Positions 36,666 through 46,999 of a stretch of 64,000 nt of DNA are shown one piece after another; the stretch's first letter is position 1; the number at the start of each line of letters is the position of its first letter. The stretch is taken from assembly GCA_052168235.1 (NCBI GenBank), contig JBQLZK010000015.1, positions 1-64,000 on the forward strand. The letters are read 5' to 3'. Source of the DNA: Thainema sp. GTDB taxonomy: Bacteria > Cyanobacteriota > Cyanobacteriia > Phormidesmidales > Phormidesmidaceae. Both the position numbers and the translations under genes were made by a program. A model generated the notes under the pieces. The model had not been told where the DNA came from. It saw nothing but the letters and a program-made list of their open reading frames with translations, and did no database searches.

Positions 36666-38972
36666 CTAAAAGTTGATGAAGTTCTCTGGATTGACCGCCG
36701 TACTTTTAGGCGGAAAATTGGAACCGCTGTTCTCGTAGATGCCAAAATCTAGGTGGGGGCCAGTTCCATACCCCGTGTTGCCGGAAGCTGCAATCTGCTG
36801 CCCTTGGCTAACCTGGGTTCCCTCTGAAACGGTGTAAGCACTCAGATGGGAGTAGCGCGTCTGATAACCGTTACCGTGGTCAATCACAACGGTCTTGCCA
36901 TAGCCACCAGCCCGACCGACGTAGACTACCTGACCGCCGTCTGAAGCACTCACGGGTGTGCCAATTGGCGTTCCCACATCAACGGCTGGATGAAAACTGC
37001 TGCACCCACCACAGGGTCTTGCCCGACGCCCAAAATTAGAGGTGAGGACATACCCCGGTGCCGGATTGGCAAAATCCCCTGTTGCCTTGCCGGAGCCTTC
37101 GCCACCCGGAGGCACACAGGTTCCATCTGGACTCGCGATCGCAGTGGAGCTTGTGGCATAGTTCTCACGCACCTCAACGCCATAGTTGTAAATCGTGAGC
37201 ACCCCATTCCGATCGGAACCGCCACCGTCAATCGTGGAGCCAGGGCCACCAAACCACATTTGTCCCACCCGTTCGATTAGGCGATCGCCTGTAAACACTC
37301 GCCCCGTTTGAGGGTCAACTTGCCCCCGTGCCCGATCAAAGAGCTGTCCCATCTCTGCTCGATAAGCTCGCTCCTGAGCTGGTTTGGGAAAATAGCGCCG
37401 CACCTCAGCAGCAGACGGTTGGTATCCGCTCTGGATTTCGTTCAGCCAAGCTGATCCCCCCTCTACCTGCTTAATTTGAGCCTGCACTTCGGGCAAATAC
37501 GTCATCATTTGATAGCGGCCTAGCGCTCGTCCACCACCATTGCTAGCGACATAGGGACCAATAGCTGCATAGCCACCTGAGCCTTGCGACTCGATTTCAG
37601 CCAAGGCATTCGCTAACCGATCTAAGTTGACTCCCCCAATCGACTCACCCGAACACGGCCCAATCGTTGGACTGGCAAGAGGCGAAGTCGGAATGCCTGC
37701 CGGTGGCGCTGGAGCCGTCGATGAGCCGCCAGCTCCGTCCAAGGGGCCGACGAAGACCAGCGAGTTCACTTGATAGTCAAACCACGGCACTTTGAACTGG
37801 TTATACGGTGTACAGGTGCGTCCGACAGATGGCAGATCAGTACACCAACGAAAAATAAGCTTGAAGCTGATCTGATCGCTGCGCTCGTCAGGCTCCCAGG
37901 CCACAACTTTGAACACAGAGCCAAACGGATGCCGCCCCGTAGGCTCATACCCTGTTGAATAGCCCAGAGGCGATGGCACGTATTTCAGCGGGCCGAAGCC
38001 GCTTTCAACCTCGTGATACTTGCCGCTGATCCACTGTTTACCTTCAAATGATCCTTGAATTTTACGCCCTTCATTCTCCAGGTCATCCAGCGCGATATAG
38101 GCACATTCAACCGGATCATTCGCTTCCTGTGCTTCAGAAGGAGAATCGAATCCAGTTAGCTTCCCTTCAGCCGGACAGGGCACCTCAAAGCCTGCCTGAT
38201 AGCTACCTGAAATCGTATTGGTGCGGTCGGTTTCAGCGGTTCCCCAGACAACATCAATACGCGCGATGATACCTTCGAGGCCCGTAATTCCGGTAGGAAA
38301 ATCGCTCAGCGCAACATTTTCAAGCCCTGGCACCTCTGCAATTTTGGCTTTGTCCCACCCCTTCAAATCAATAATCGGCACCGCATCAATGTTGGGAATG
38401 TCTGCGATCGCAAATTCATCGAGCATCGTCTCACCTAATTGAATATCGCTCAAACCGGGATTGCGCTCCAAAAAACCTGAGATCGTCTCACTGCCAAAAC
38501 TAATCTGTCCGGTCGTTTCAGAGAGCAGCTGCTTGACCGGGGCTACTTCATCGACCCGGTAATCTCCGAAGTAAGGAATCGCATAGTCAAGATTGGATAA
38601 GGTTTGACGTTCTAGGAGATCGAAGCTCGATAAGCGAGCGTCGGTGTAGTTAGTTCCCGTAAGCTGATTGATCTGTCCTAGCGAGAGAGCCTGGCCATTC
38701 AATGAGGCCACATCCCCCAGCGTCAGAATGTTACTCACCGAATCGCCCACTTCCCACTGACGTTGAATCCCTTGAAATTCAAGGCGACCGCTATCTTCAA
38801 CCGTTCCCAAATCCAGGAAGGAAACAGTTTCAAAGTCAGGAATGACATCCTGATAGGCAGCACGTTGAGGCTGCGCGGTTGGCACAGGTTGAGCGAACGT
38901 CGGAACCGCTGATAGCAACCAAGCTCCGATCGCAACGAGGATGATGAGTAGGCATCTCAATAGGTTTAGCAT
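36666..38972 (-). CDS. exported peptidoglycan hydrolase: lysozyme-like domain + M23 peptidase (possible VirB1 analogue)
   Basis: Signal peptide from Met at 38972; LAEIESQGSGGY...ALGRYQ lysozyme-like motif; M23 motifs HPAVD, YSHL, TGPHLDF. Confidence 0.85.
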   Translation of the reverse strand: MLNLLRCLLIILVAIGAWLLSAVPTFAQPVPTAQPQRAAYQDVIPDFETVSFLDLGTVEDSGRLEFQGIQRQWEVGDSVSNILTLGDVASLNGQALSLGQINQLTGTNYTDARLSSFDLLERQTLSNLDYAIPYFGDYRVDEVAPVKQLLSETTGQISFGSETISGFLERNPGLSDIQLGETMLDEFAIADIPNIDAVPIIDLKGWDKAKIAEVPGLENVALSDFPTGITGLEGIIARIDVVWGTAETDRTNTISGSYQAGFEVPCPAEGKLTGFDSPSEAQEANDPVECAYIALDDLENEGRKIQGSFEGKQWISGKYHEVESGFGPLKYVPSPLGYSTGYEPTGRHPFGSVFKVVAWEPDERSDQISFKLIFRWCTDLPSVGRTCTPYNQFKVPWFDYQVNSLVFVGPLDGAGGSSTAPAPPAGIPTSPLASPTIGPCSGESIGGVNLDRLANALAEIESQGSGGYAAIGPYVASNGGGRALGRYQMMTYLPEVQAQIKQVEGGSAWLNEIQSGYQPSAAEVRRYFPKPAQERAYRAEMGQLFDRARGQVDPQTGRVFTGDRLIERVGQMWFGGPGSTIDGGGSDRNGVLTIYNYGVEVRENYATSSTAIASPDGTCVPPGGEGSGKATGDFANPAPGYVLTSNFGRRARPCGGCSSFHPAVDVGTPIGTPVSASDGGQVVYVGRAGGYGKTVVIDHGNGYQTRYSHLSAYTVSEGTQVSQGQQIAASGNTGYGTGPHLDFGIYENSGSNFPPKSTAVNPENFINF

Positions 38973-38976
38973 GGCT

Positions 38977-40680
38977 CTAAAATTCGGAGCGTTCTCCATC
39001 CGCGAGCTGGACACGGCGAGAGTAGCGATTGGCCTGAACGCGATCGCGGGTAGTGAGGGCATCCTCATCAATTCCCATCAATGACTGTTCCGGCACAGCA
39101 AACCGCGAGGTATCTGGCCCGGATACCGGAATGGCATAATCTGCCCGATTGGCAATGGCAGCAATCTGGTCACTAATATCCCGCTGCGTTGCTGCTGGAG
39201 TAAACGTTTGGCGCTCCTCTAAGAGGCTCTCTAGCTGAAGCTGTGGTTTGTCAGGGCAAAAGCTGCCTCGGCGCATATCGCAGAAATAATAAGCATCAGC
39301 GACATGCCGCACTGCTTTGGCTACTTCAGCGGGCGTACAGCCGCGATATTCCCGCAGCAGAATGCGCCAATCTCGATCTGAGAAGTCGTACTCGAAATAT
39401 TGGCCGAGGTGAACCTTAAATACTTCCCAGAGCGAACCCGCGTGGGGCATGCCAAAGAAATGGATATACTCAAACCGCCGAATCATCTCGGCAGGCAGCA
39501 TCTGAAGGTGATTAATCGTGGCGAACATCACCACAGGCGAGGTGTGATCCTGCATCCAGCTCAGAAGCTGACCAGCCATCTTCCCCAGCACGCCACCTTC
39601 AACGCGAGTATCCCAACCGGAAAAGGCTTTCTCAAACTCGTCGAAAAACAGAATGCAGGTGCCAATTTCGTCTACAAAATCCAGTAAGCCGTTCAGGTTC
39701 TTCATTGACTCCTGAACAGTACGACCGACCAAACTATTCCAATCCGCACTCACGAGTGTGCCGCCAATATGTTTGGCCGCCAGCTTCGCCGCTAGCGATT
39801 TGCCAGTACCAGGAATACCCCACAGCAAAATGGCTTTCGGCGGCCTCAGGTGACGAGTTGCAGCTTCTGGCTGCAACAGCAAGCGGACTTTATCTAGAGT
39901 TTCGTAGAGCCGATCCATCCCGGCTGCGACAGGCACATCGGGTTCTGGCAATAAGTTGATACCGCGTCCTTTCAGCTTTTTGGTCTTGTAATTCATTACC
40001 AGATCGGTGATGGCGTCAATATTGACTACACCAGAAATCCGTGCAGTGGCCCGGTGCAGGGCAATCTCGATCTCACCTCGGGGTAAGCCAGAACATGCCT
40101 GGGTCAGTTGACGCTGACGGTTCCGATTTTCTTGGTTTTGCTCCATGCTGAACACATCCCAGCAAAATTCTGCTACCAAACGCTGCACAGCCTCTCGGCT
40201 TGGTAACGGATACTCCAGAGCAGGCAACAACGGATAAATATCCAGCGGAATGTGTGGATCCGAATCGAGCAGGATGATGTACTGCTCAATATTGGTTTGC
40301 CGCAGGGCAAAATGAGCATTCTGAATCTCATGCACCTGCCGATCGCTGATGTCCTTCAGCAGTCCAGCCAGCACAAATACGCCCGGTCGGAGCAAACTCA
40401 CCACCCGAGCAATTGTCCCTTCCGCTTCACAGCTCGGCAGCAACAGATCGGAATTCTGCAAATCCACCTGCCGACTGCCAGTACCAGGCGTCACCGTCTG
40501 CAGACAGTTGAACGCAATATTCCAGTAGTAAAGAGCCAACCCCTGCCCCTCGATAAACTGGAGGAGCTGCGCCAGGACAAAGTTGCGATCGCACACCGCC
40601 GACTTACAGGCAACGATGTACTCTTGCTCCTGTTGCAGTTTGGGCCAGATGGTAATGGAATTAAATGTTCTCTGGCTCAT
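38977..40680 (-). CDS. AAA+ ATPase (Ycf46/SpoVK-like)
   Basis: GIPGTGKS Walker A, FFDEFEK Walker B, ATIN...LPAEMIRRF second region of homology. Confidence 0.88.
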   Translation of the reverse strand: MSQRTFNSITIWPKLQQEQEYIVACKSAVCDRNFVLAQLLQFIEGQGLALYYWNIAFNCLQTVTPGTGSRQVDLQNSDLLLPSCEAEGTIARVVSLLRPGVFVLAGLLKDISDRQVHEIQNAHFALRQTNIEQYIILLDSDPHIPLDIYPLLPALEYPLPSREAVQRLVAEFCWDVFSMEQNQENRNRQRQLTQACSGLPRGEIEIALHRATARISGVVNIDAITDLVMNYKTKKLKGRGINLLPEPDVPVAAGMDRLYETLDKVRLLLQPEAATRHLRPPKAILLWGIPGTGKSLAAKLAAKHIGGTLVSADWNSLVGRTVQESMKNLNGLLDFVDEIGTCILFFDEFEKAFSGWDTRVEGGVLGKMAGQLLSWMQDHTSPVVMFATINHLQMLPAEMIRRFEYIHFFGMPHAGSLWEVFKVHLGQYFEYDFSDRDWRILLREYRGCTPAEVAKAVRHVADAYYFCDMRRGSFCPDKPQLQLESLLEERQTFTPAATQRDISDQIAAIANRADYAIPVSGPDTSRFAVPEQSLMGIDEDALTTRDRVQANRYSRRVQLADGERSEF

Positions 40681-40702
40681 AGTTCAACTTTGGGTTACGT
40701 CA

Positions 40703-41380
40703 TTACTCAGAGGAGAAAAACTCACGCTCTGAGGGTGGCTGCGTCCAGAGCAAGCAAAAGCCAGACTTCGCTTTGCGAGTGCCCATCTGGATCGTCACGC
40801 CGAGTTCTTTCACCTGCTGCTGGCATTCACCACCAAGCAAGTCTTCGTTCCATTCCAAGATTTGGCGAGCATACTGCCCTTCCGAGCTGGTCGCCCAGTC
40901 CAGAGCCTCAGCTTCATTGAGGGTAAGCTGGCGCGGTTCACCAGGAGCCATAGCGACCTGGGACTGTCGCCACTGTGCATAACTCCAGCCACTGAATAAC
41001 CCCAAACCAATTAGCCCCAGCGCGATTATTCCTGCCCCAATCAGCGATTTGAGCGTCACCTGCGCCTTACGCGCACCAGCCTTCTGCATCAGTTCCTTAA
41101 CGGACTCAGACACCTGCCGTTCAACTCCTCGACGCGCTGCCTGCTCATACTGATCGATGGAGTCAAGCACTTTTTGATGTGCATATTCAAAGGTTTGCCG
41201 AAAATGATTCGGAGCCTGCTCTAGCAACACCTGCACGCTGGAATTTGAAAGCAGTAGCAAAAACAAAGCATCATTTTCATCAATACCAAAAGCACTGACA
41301 ATGCGCCGAATCTGAGCCTCAGTCTTATCGTCAACCTGCCCCAGCAGCTCTTCTAAAATAGTTGTGGTATCAGCTGCCAT
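40703..41380 (-). CDS. membrane protein of the plasmid mobilisation region (DUF6753-like)
   Basis: GIDENDALFLLL N-terminus, coiled region, one TM helix, WATSSEGQYARQILEWN. Confidence 0.65.
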   Translation of the reverse strand: MAADTTTILEELLGQVDDKTEAQIRRIVSAFGIDENDALFLLLLSNSSVQVLLEQAPNHFRQTFEYAHQKVLDSIDQYEQAARRGVERQVSESVKELMQKAGARKAQVTLKSLIGAGIIALGLIGLGLFSGWSYAQWRQSQVAMAPGEPRQLTLNEAEALDWATSSEGQYARQILEWNEDLLGGECQQQVKELGVTIQMGTRKAKSGFCLLWTQPPSEREFFSSE

Positions 41381-41384
41381 TTAT

Positions 41385-42287
41385 CTACTGCGCCCCAGCT
41401 CCAGCCGGTTCGGTACGCTGCTTCTTTCCGCCCGACTTACCGTTTCCTTGTCCATTCGAAGACTTAGAAGACTTTTTCTTAGACGAGGTTGACGTACGCC
41501 AATCCTTTTGCTGCTCGAACCAGTTGGTTGCCGCTGCGTCAATGGCGTCAAACGTTGCGCTAATATTACGGATGAACGTCTGAATCCTCTGGGCTACAAG
41601 GAATTTACTGTTGCGATCGCTTTGCTCCAGTGCTCCTCGAAGTCCCAGACCGCTTTTATCGATGGTGTAGCGGGTTCCCGGCTCCATCGCTGGGAACGTA
41701 AAGACCCCGATTAAATTGGGCGATGATTTAATATTCTGGTAGATATCCTCCTCTTCCAGATAAGAAAAGTCAGCCGCGCTGACGCGCCCCTCATTCAGCA
41801 CTAAAATATGCGGAATCGAGTTGCCCAGCATTTCGACGCTTTTCTGAAGCTGGCGAATACTCTCCCAGCAACCATCACTGACAAAGATTTTGAGCAGCCG
41901 TACTCTGCCTTCAAAGCGCTGCTTTAAGCTTTCCACCACGCTGAGATCTTCCAACCATGCCTGAAAGACATCGATGATATTAGACGGTAGGTTAACCACT
42001 ACATCCTTATGGCTAACAACCGCAGTTTCGTAGATGACATCAGGATTTGAGCGCTTCGCCGGATCGTCGGAGATCGTAATAGTTTGAGTCTCCACCTGAT
42101 CCCGATACATTCGCCCAACATCGTCTATTTGAGCATCGGCTTCAATTAACATGAAGCTATCTTTCCCTCTTGTTTCTGCGTCAAGCAAATACTGACAAAG
42201 GGCTTGGCAAATTGCCGTTTTCCCAACGCCGCCTTTCTGTCCACCGACAATATAAATGGTTCTAATCGAATCTTGACTTGAACTCAT
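41385..42287 (-). CDS. MinD/ParA-like P-loop protein (MobD-like)
   Basis: GGQKGGVGKT, LIEAD, VVVNLPS, HILVLN. Confidence 0.7.
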   Translation of the reverse strand: MSSSQDSIRTIYIVGGQKGGVGKTAICQALCQYLLDAETRGKDSFMLIEADAQIDDVGRMYRDQVETQTITISDDPAKRSNPDVIYETAVVSHKDVVVNLPSNIIDVFQAWLEDLSVVESLKQRFEGRVRLLKIFVSDGCWESIRQLQKSVEMLGNSIPHILVLNEGRVSAADFSYLEEEDIYQNIKSSPNLIGVFTFPAMEPGTRYTIDKSGLGLRGALEQSDRNSKFLVAQRIQTFIRNISATFDAIDAAATNWFEQQKDWRTSTSSKKKSSKSSNGQGNGKSGGKKQRTEPAGAGAQ

Positions 42288-42313
42288 TGAGATACCTCCG
42301 TTCCAACCAAATT

Positions 42314-42841
42314 TCAGGCTCCAAACATGCCTGAAATGTCGTTCATTCGCTCTCGATCGCTGTCACCGAGCTCACCGATGGCAGCCTCTTCTACTGTTTC
42401 AAACCCGTTGCCGTGACCATTAGAACTGGTCTCCCCAACAGAGGCAAAATCACTAATCTTCAGCCCCGCCAATGAATCATTTCCATGGCTGTCATGGGTT
42501 TTGACGGCTTGAGGCGTTCCTCCTAAGCGGCTCACCACGTCCTGTGGAGAGATACCACAGGCTGCACAAATCGATTCAATCGTTCCCCAGTGATGCCAAA
42601 TACTTTTCCAGCCTTCCTGAACCAAATGTTCTTTTTTATCCAGCTCACCCTTTGATTGAATGAGCGAATTCAAAGCCCGAACAAAAAACGAGTGATATAG
42701 AAATTCCTGTAACAAGAATTTGGGTTCAATAGGATGCTTTCTAAGATATTCAATGACATAAGCCATTGCAGTACCTTCTTGAGCACGGATTCGAGGAAAC
42801 TGAATTTTTAGCCTGTCATCTTTTCTGGTCTGGCTCATCAT
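42314..42841 (-). CDS. putative ParR-like adaptor
   Basis: Immediately downstream of parM; basic N-terminus and disordered acidic tail. Assignment is by context only. Confidence 0.5.
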   Translation of the reverse strand: MMSQTRKDDRLKIQFPRIRAQEGTAMAYVIEYLRKHPIEPKFLLQEFLYHSFFVRALNSLIQSKGELDKKEHLVQEGWKSIWHHWGTIESICAACGISPQDVVSRLGGTPQAVKTHDSHGNDSLAGLKISDFASVGETSSNGHGNGFETVEEAAIGELGDSDRERMNDISGMFGA

Positions 42842-42849
42842 TCATACGC

Positions 42850-43983
42850 CTATTTATGAACAGCAATCGCTTCTTGATACATCGCGAAATGCAGGGCATA
42901 AACATCACGAAATCTGACCAATAGAGACTCACTATCGGGGTGGTGAGACAGCAACTGTCTCAGTTCCTCAGAGCGCTCGTCAGCATTCCACGCAGGCTCA
43001 GCCCATGCAAACAGTTGGTCAAGTCTGTTTTTGAGATAGTAAGCCCCTCCGCCAGCAATAATCATTTCATCTAATTGCCTAGGTACCGCTGCTTCCAACC
43101 AGTTCGTGAGCAACGCCCAATACTCCTCTCTAGCATTTTCAATGACATCAACCAATGCTTTAGATTCCCGCTCAAAGTTCTCCGGATGAAAGGATTTCAA
43201 TAAAATTCTCAAGTTGGGATCATCCGACGTAATGCTAGATCCCATACCGTAAATGGCCTGGGTGAGCAATTCAGCATTATCAAGTGAAGAGCATTGCATC
43301 ACACTCTCAACCAACCTGATAAAGCCTAGGCTAGTCGTTTGGCTTTCATGAGTGAGGCTACCCTTATCAAACACCAGCAAACTGGTATTTCGATGGCCAC
43401 ACATCAGAACTACAATCTTTCGCTGAGCAAACCAGTTTTCACCATGTTTTCTGGCATAGCCTGCTATAAATCCAGCACCTTCGGGCAGGCACTTAAATTC
43501 ATCTGTGTAGACATTTATTTTTTGGTTCCGAAAATAATAATTTTTGGCCTCTTTTTGAAATTTCTCCTTCAACTGTTCGCGATTCGTATACTCTCCAAAG
43601 GGCAACAGCGTAGAGACAGCCACTTCAATTTCTCGATCCAGACCTTCTTTCTGAATAATGGCCCCAATAACGGCCATCAACTTCGCTGCGCCCTGTTCGA
43701 ACTTCAGTTGCGTCAGTTTTGGCGTACCGTGAAACTGCTTGGCTAAGTGTCCCAGAACAATGCAGTCGTCCGCTGTCTTCTTAAATGACAACCAGGCATC
43801 ATTCTCAGGCCAGGCATTATTCAAAGCTCCTCGGCTAGCCTTGTAGATATCAATGCTGGATTGAGGCAGAGTCAGAATCTGTGGCTCCATCACAACCACT
43901 CCAGTCCGCCCATCATTGACCTGATAAAGCGTCTTGCTGGCGGAGGAACCTTGGTCGCTAGAGATCATAAGCTTTGCTGCCAT
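42850..43983 (-). CDS. parM: ParM/StbA family actin-like protein
   Basis: SDQGSSASK phosphate-1, LPEGAG, MCGHRNT phosphate-2, IAGGGA adenosine motif. Confidence 0.85.
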   Translation of the reverse strand: MAAKLMISSDQGSSASKTLYQVNDGRTGVVVMEPQILTLPQSSIDIYKASRGALNNAWPENDAWLSFKKTADDCIVLGHLAKQFHGTPKLTQLKFEQGAAKLMAVIGAIIQKEGLDREIEVAVSTLLPFGEYTNREQLKEKFQKEAKNYYFRNQKINVYTDEFKCLPEGAGFIAGYARKHGENWFAQRKIVVLMCGHRNTSLLVFDKGSLTHESQTTSLGFIRLVESVMQCSSLDNAELLTQAIYGMGSSITSDDPNLRILLKSFHPENFERESKALVDVIENAREEYWALLTNWLEAAVPRQLDEMIIAGGGAYYLKNRLDQLFAWAEPAWNADERSEELRQLLSHHPDSESLLVRFRDVYALHFAMYQEAIAVHK

Positions 43984-44427
43984 GTGAATCTCACTTGCTT
44001 ACGTCATCGCCCCTATCCTATGCAAGCTTACAATATTCGATAAATCCATCAATGGGTGAGTATCACAGAATCGGTGCTTTTTTACACCTAATCGTTAGAG
44101 AGCAACTGTGGCCTTTTCCGATAAATCGTGTCCGCTGATGGCCTTTTATGGCCGATTAAGACCAAAAATAAACAGTTTTTCAAAGATATAGGACTAAAAG
44201 TGCGGCAAAATATCTCAAAACTGCGCCCCTTCATGACCAAACTTGCCGTTATGCGATTTTTGATGCCCCAACGTGTCCTCCTATGACCAAACATGTCCGC
44301 AAAAAAGAGGTTTGAGTAGTGCTTGATACCTTTTCGAGAACGGTCAAGCAATGGGCTTAAGGCACACACTTTTTTACAACTTTAGATAAATAGGAATCCA
44401 ATTGCTTTCGTCTTAGCTTCGAAACAG
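43984..44427. other. probable oriT and divergent promoter region
   Basis: Non-coding gap between divergent parM and mobC-relaxase. Short repeats ATGACCAAAC (44233, 44283) and TGTCCGC (44129, 44294); nic site not identified. Confidence 0.5.
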
Positions 44428-44445
44428 TTGGGTCAATTCCATGCT

Positions 44446-44781
44446 GTGGTTAAACGAAACAATCGGATTCCGGTTCGGGTCACGCCGGACGAAAAGGCAA
44501 CCATTCAATCCAGTGCCAGTGCGATCGGCACTAACGTATCTCGCATGTTGAGAGTATTGGGCCTGAAAGCAAAGGAACTTCATCAACTCATCGTACTGAT
44601 CAGACGGATTACAGCCCGGCTATTGCGACTCAAGTCGCTCAGCTACCGACGGCAAGTTAATCCAGACGAAATTCGATCGGCTGTTGATGGAGCACTGGAG
44701 CCTTTACATGCCATCGAAAAGTCTTTGCAATCCCCTCCTGGATCAGAGGCTCATGAAAAACGTAAATCAACTGAACCATGA
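44446..44781 (+). CDS. mobC: MobC-like relaxosome accessory protein (RHH)
   Basis: RIPVRVTPDEKATI...A...G.NVSRMLR..GL; stop overlaps the relaxase ATG. Start is GTG 44446 or TTG 44428. Confidence 0.75.
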   Translation: MVKRNNRIPVRVTPDEKATIQSSASAIGTNVSRMLRVLGLKAKELHQLIVLIRRITARLLRLKSLSYRRQVNPDEIRSAVDGALEPLHAIEKSLQSPPGSEAHEKRKSTEP

Positions 44782-46946
44782 TTGGTAACGTTACAACAAG
44801 CAACGATTTTCAGAAGACAACCCGATACATTTGTCGGGCTGGTTCTCAGCAAGTCTATGCCAACTTTGGAGCCGCCGTCACCAATGACGCTAACTGGATT
44901 GCGCAGGCGATGGCATCCACAGCCCAGCAGGGAGTCCGTGTTGAAAAACCTTGCTATCACATCTCGATTTCTCCTAGCCCAAAGGATGAGCTTTGCGACG
45001 GGGATTGGTACCGTCTCACTGAAGACTTTTTAGGGGAAATGGGATTGGCCGATCGGCAAGCCGTGGGATGGCTCCATCACGATGCGACCTTTCCAGACGG
45101 TCACCCTAGGTCCCACCTACATCTAGTCATCAACCGAGTTGGTGAACTGGGACAGACTTATTCGACCGCTTGGGATTATCGCAAAGTCGATCGGGTACTG
45201 AGACATCTAGAGGCTAGCTACCAGCTCGACTCAGTTAGACCAGCCAGTGAAGCCGCCATTAGGCGAGACACACCGGGGCAAATACATCGGGTCGCAGCTG
45301 AGCAAGCGCACTACCACGCAGCAGATCATCCCCGTTCGGACCCTCCTGAACCCAGTATCAGACGCCAGCTCCAATCTGCCCTTGATGCTGCGATCGCACA
45401 AACCACATCACCCGATAACATTGTCGAAATCCTATCGCAGCAGGGCATCGAAACCCAGATCAATGACCGGGGCTGGAGTTTTGCCAAAGATGGTGTCTAC
45501 CTGGCTGGCAATCAACTCGGACGGCGTTATTCACTAAATTCGGTAGAGCAGATGGTCGATCAGCAGCCTTCCTCTCAAGCTCAATCACCAAAGCCAAATC
45601 AACAGCCGGATCAAAAGCTGCTACAAAGTCGGCAACGGCAGCGCCGACTGACCATGCAGGAGATCATGCAGGAAAGCTCTGAAGCTCAGGCGGGATCGCA
45701 GCAGCGGCAGCGATCGGCTCGTAGCCTGAACTCAATGGGTCAGCACATGATGCGGGACTCCGATGAGGTCGATGGCCTGACGTTTATCGGCGGTGCGATC
45801 GCAACCGCTGGTGCTGCCGTTGAGATAGGAGAAGCTTTTTCCCAGCAGATTACGCAGGCTAGAGCCAAAGCCGAAGGTAAACGCGCTATCGAACAGGTCA
45901 AGAAGCTAGAAGAAATTGGCGATCGCACTACGGCTCTGGAAAATACCCTGGTTAAACAAGCCCACCAGATGAACCACTCTCAGAGAGAGAACCAATCGGC
46001 AATCAAATCACCAGAGAACACTCCTAGCATTGATGTTGCTGATTCGCCCGCCGCACAAAGCCTTAATCTCGCGAATGAGCGGTTAATGACGATTGGAAAG
46101 CAGCTCGGGGTTGAGTTAGCAGCAGCAGAACCGATTGAACTGGATCCGACTGCCCCCACGGGCAAACAACTCGACCAGATGGATAAAGCCATTGCTCAGT
46201 TGGATAAGCGTCTCGGCACGCTAGAAGAAGCGGTGGCCGAGATCACTCAGATGCCAGAACCTACATTCGCTCAGGGGGCTGATATTGCCCAATCACTGGA
46301 GCAGTTCATCCAGTCGAGGACTCAATTTAGAGGCGAGACCGAACCCAGCACCTTCATCAGCTCTGCGGGCGTGGTTACGCTGACCAGGGAAGGGTTTCAA
46401 CAGCAAGATGCTCGACTTACGATTACCGATGCCGACTACGGCACCGTCTTTGAAGCCGTTAAGCCCGTCGATCGCAACTGGGAAGCCCAAATTAACGAAT
46501 TACAGCCCGAACAGGCCGAAACGATCACCCAATTGCCCCAATCCGTTGAGGCATACAGCCAGTACAAACAGGGGCAGCAAATTGTCAGCGCCCTGCAATC
46601 CCTGGCATCTGGCGAGTTTGAGAACGATCACGGCCAAATTGACTGGAGCAGTCGAGCCTCTGGCTTCCGCTATCGCTTCAACATTAAACGACATCCTGAC
46701 AGCAGGCAGGAGGTAACGGGGCGTGATGCCAATAGTGACGATATTGTCTTCAACGCCACGATTAGCCGGGAGAACAACGTCTTCGTGGCCCAGAACAACA
46801 TTCCCAATCAACACAGCAACGAGCTGCTCAACCAACGTGAACCGGTATTAACTCCAGATTGGGAGCTATCACCTGAAGCAGACTCCCAAGGCATCATCTT
46901 GGGGATTCAGCCCCAACCATCCCGGCAACGAGAGCTGGAATTGTAG
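44778..46946 (+). CDS. MOBP-type relaxase
   Basis: N-terminal Tyr (TRYI), KPCYHISIS, HHD...HLHLVINRV HUH motif, LGRRYS; ends RQRELEL. Confidence 0.9.
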   Translation: MIGNVTTSNDFQKTTRYICRAGSQQVYANFGAAVTNDANWIAQAMASTAQQGVRVEKPCYHISISPSPKDELCDGDWYRLTEDFLGEMGLADRQAVGWLHHDATFPDGHPRSHLHLVINRVGELGQTYSTAWDYRKVDRVLRHLEASYQLDSVRPASEAAIRRDTPGQIHRVAAEQAHYHAADHPRSDPPEPSIRRQLQSALDAAIAQTTSPDNIVEILSQQGIETQINDRGWSFAKDGVYLAGNQLGRRYSLNSVEQMVDQQPSSQAQSPKPNQQPDQKLLQSRQRQRRLTMQEIMQESSEAQAGSQQRQRSARSLNSMGQHMMRDSDEVDGLTFIGGAIATAGAAVEIGEAFSQQITQARAKAEGKRAIEQVKKLEEIGDRTTALENTLVKQAHQMNHSQRENQSAIKSPENTPSIDVADSPAAQSLNLANERLMTIGKQLGVELAAAEPIELDPTAPTGKQLDQMDKAIAQLDKRLGTLEEAVAEITQMPEPTFAQGADIAQSLEQFIQSRTQFRGETEPSTFISSAGVVTLTREGFQQQDARLTITDADYGTVFEAVKPVDRNWEAQINELQPEQAETITQLPQSVEAYSQYKQGQQIVSALQSLASGEFENDHGQIDWSSRASGFRYRFNIKRHPDSRQEVTGRDANSDDIVFNATISRENNVFVAQNNIPNQHSNELLNQREPVLTPDWELSPEADSQGIILGIQPQPSRQRELEL

Positions 46947-46999
46947 GGAACAGACTTTTCAACACAGTTCAAAACAAGACGCAGTTAAGAGGTACCCGA

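Noticed and set aside
38973..39071. Extended N-terminus of the M23 protein overlapping the AAA gene
   Set aside because: The signal peptide starts at Met 38972, just after the AAA stop, so the longer start is unnecessary.
40252..40920. 222-aa plus-strand ORF
   Set aside because: Antisense to two well-supported genes; no motif or RBS.
44088..44369. 93-aa ORF in the oriT gap
   Set aside because: Composition is not protein-like; the region is better explained as regulatory DNA.
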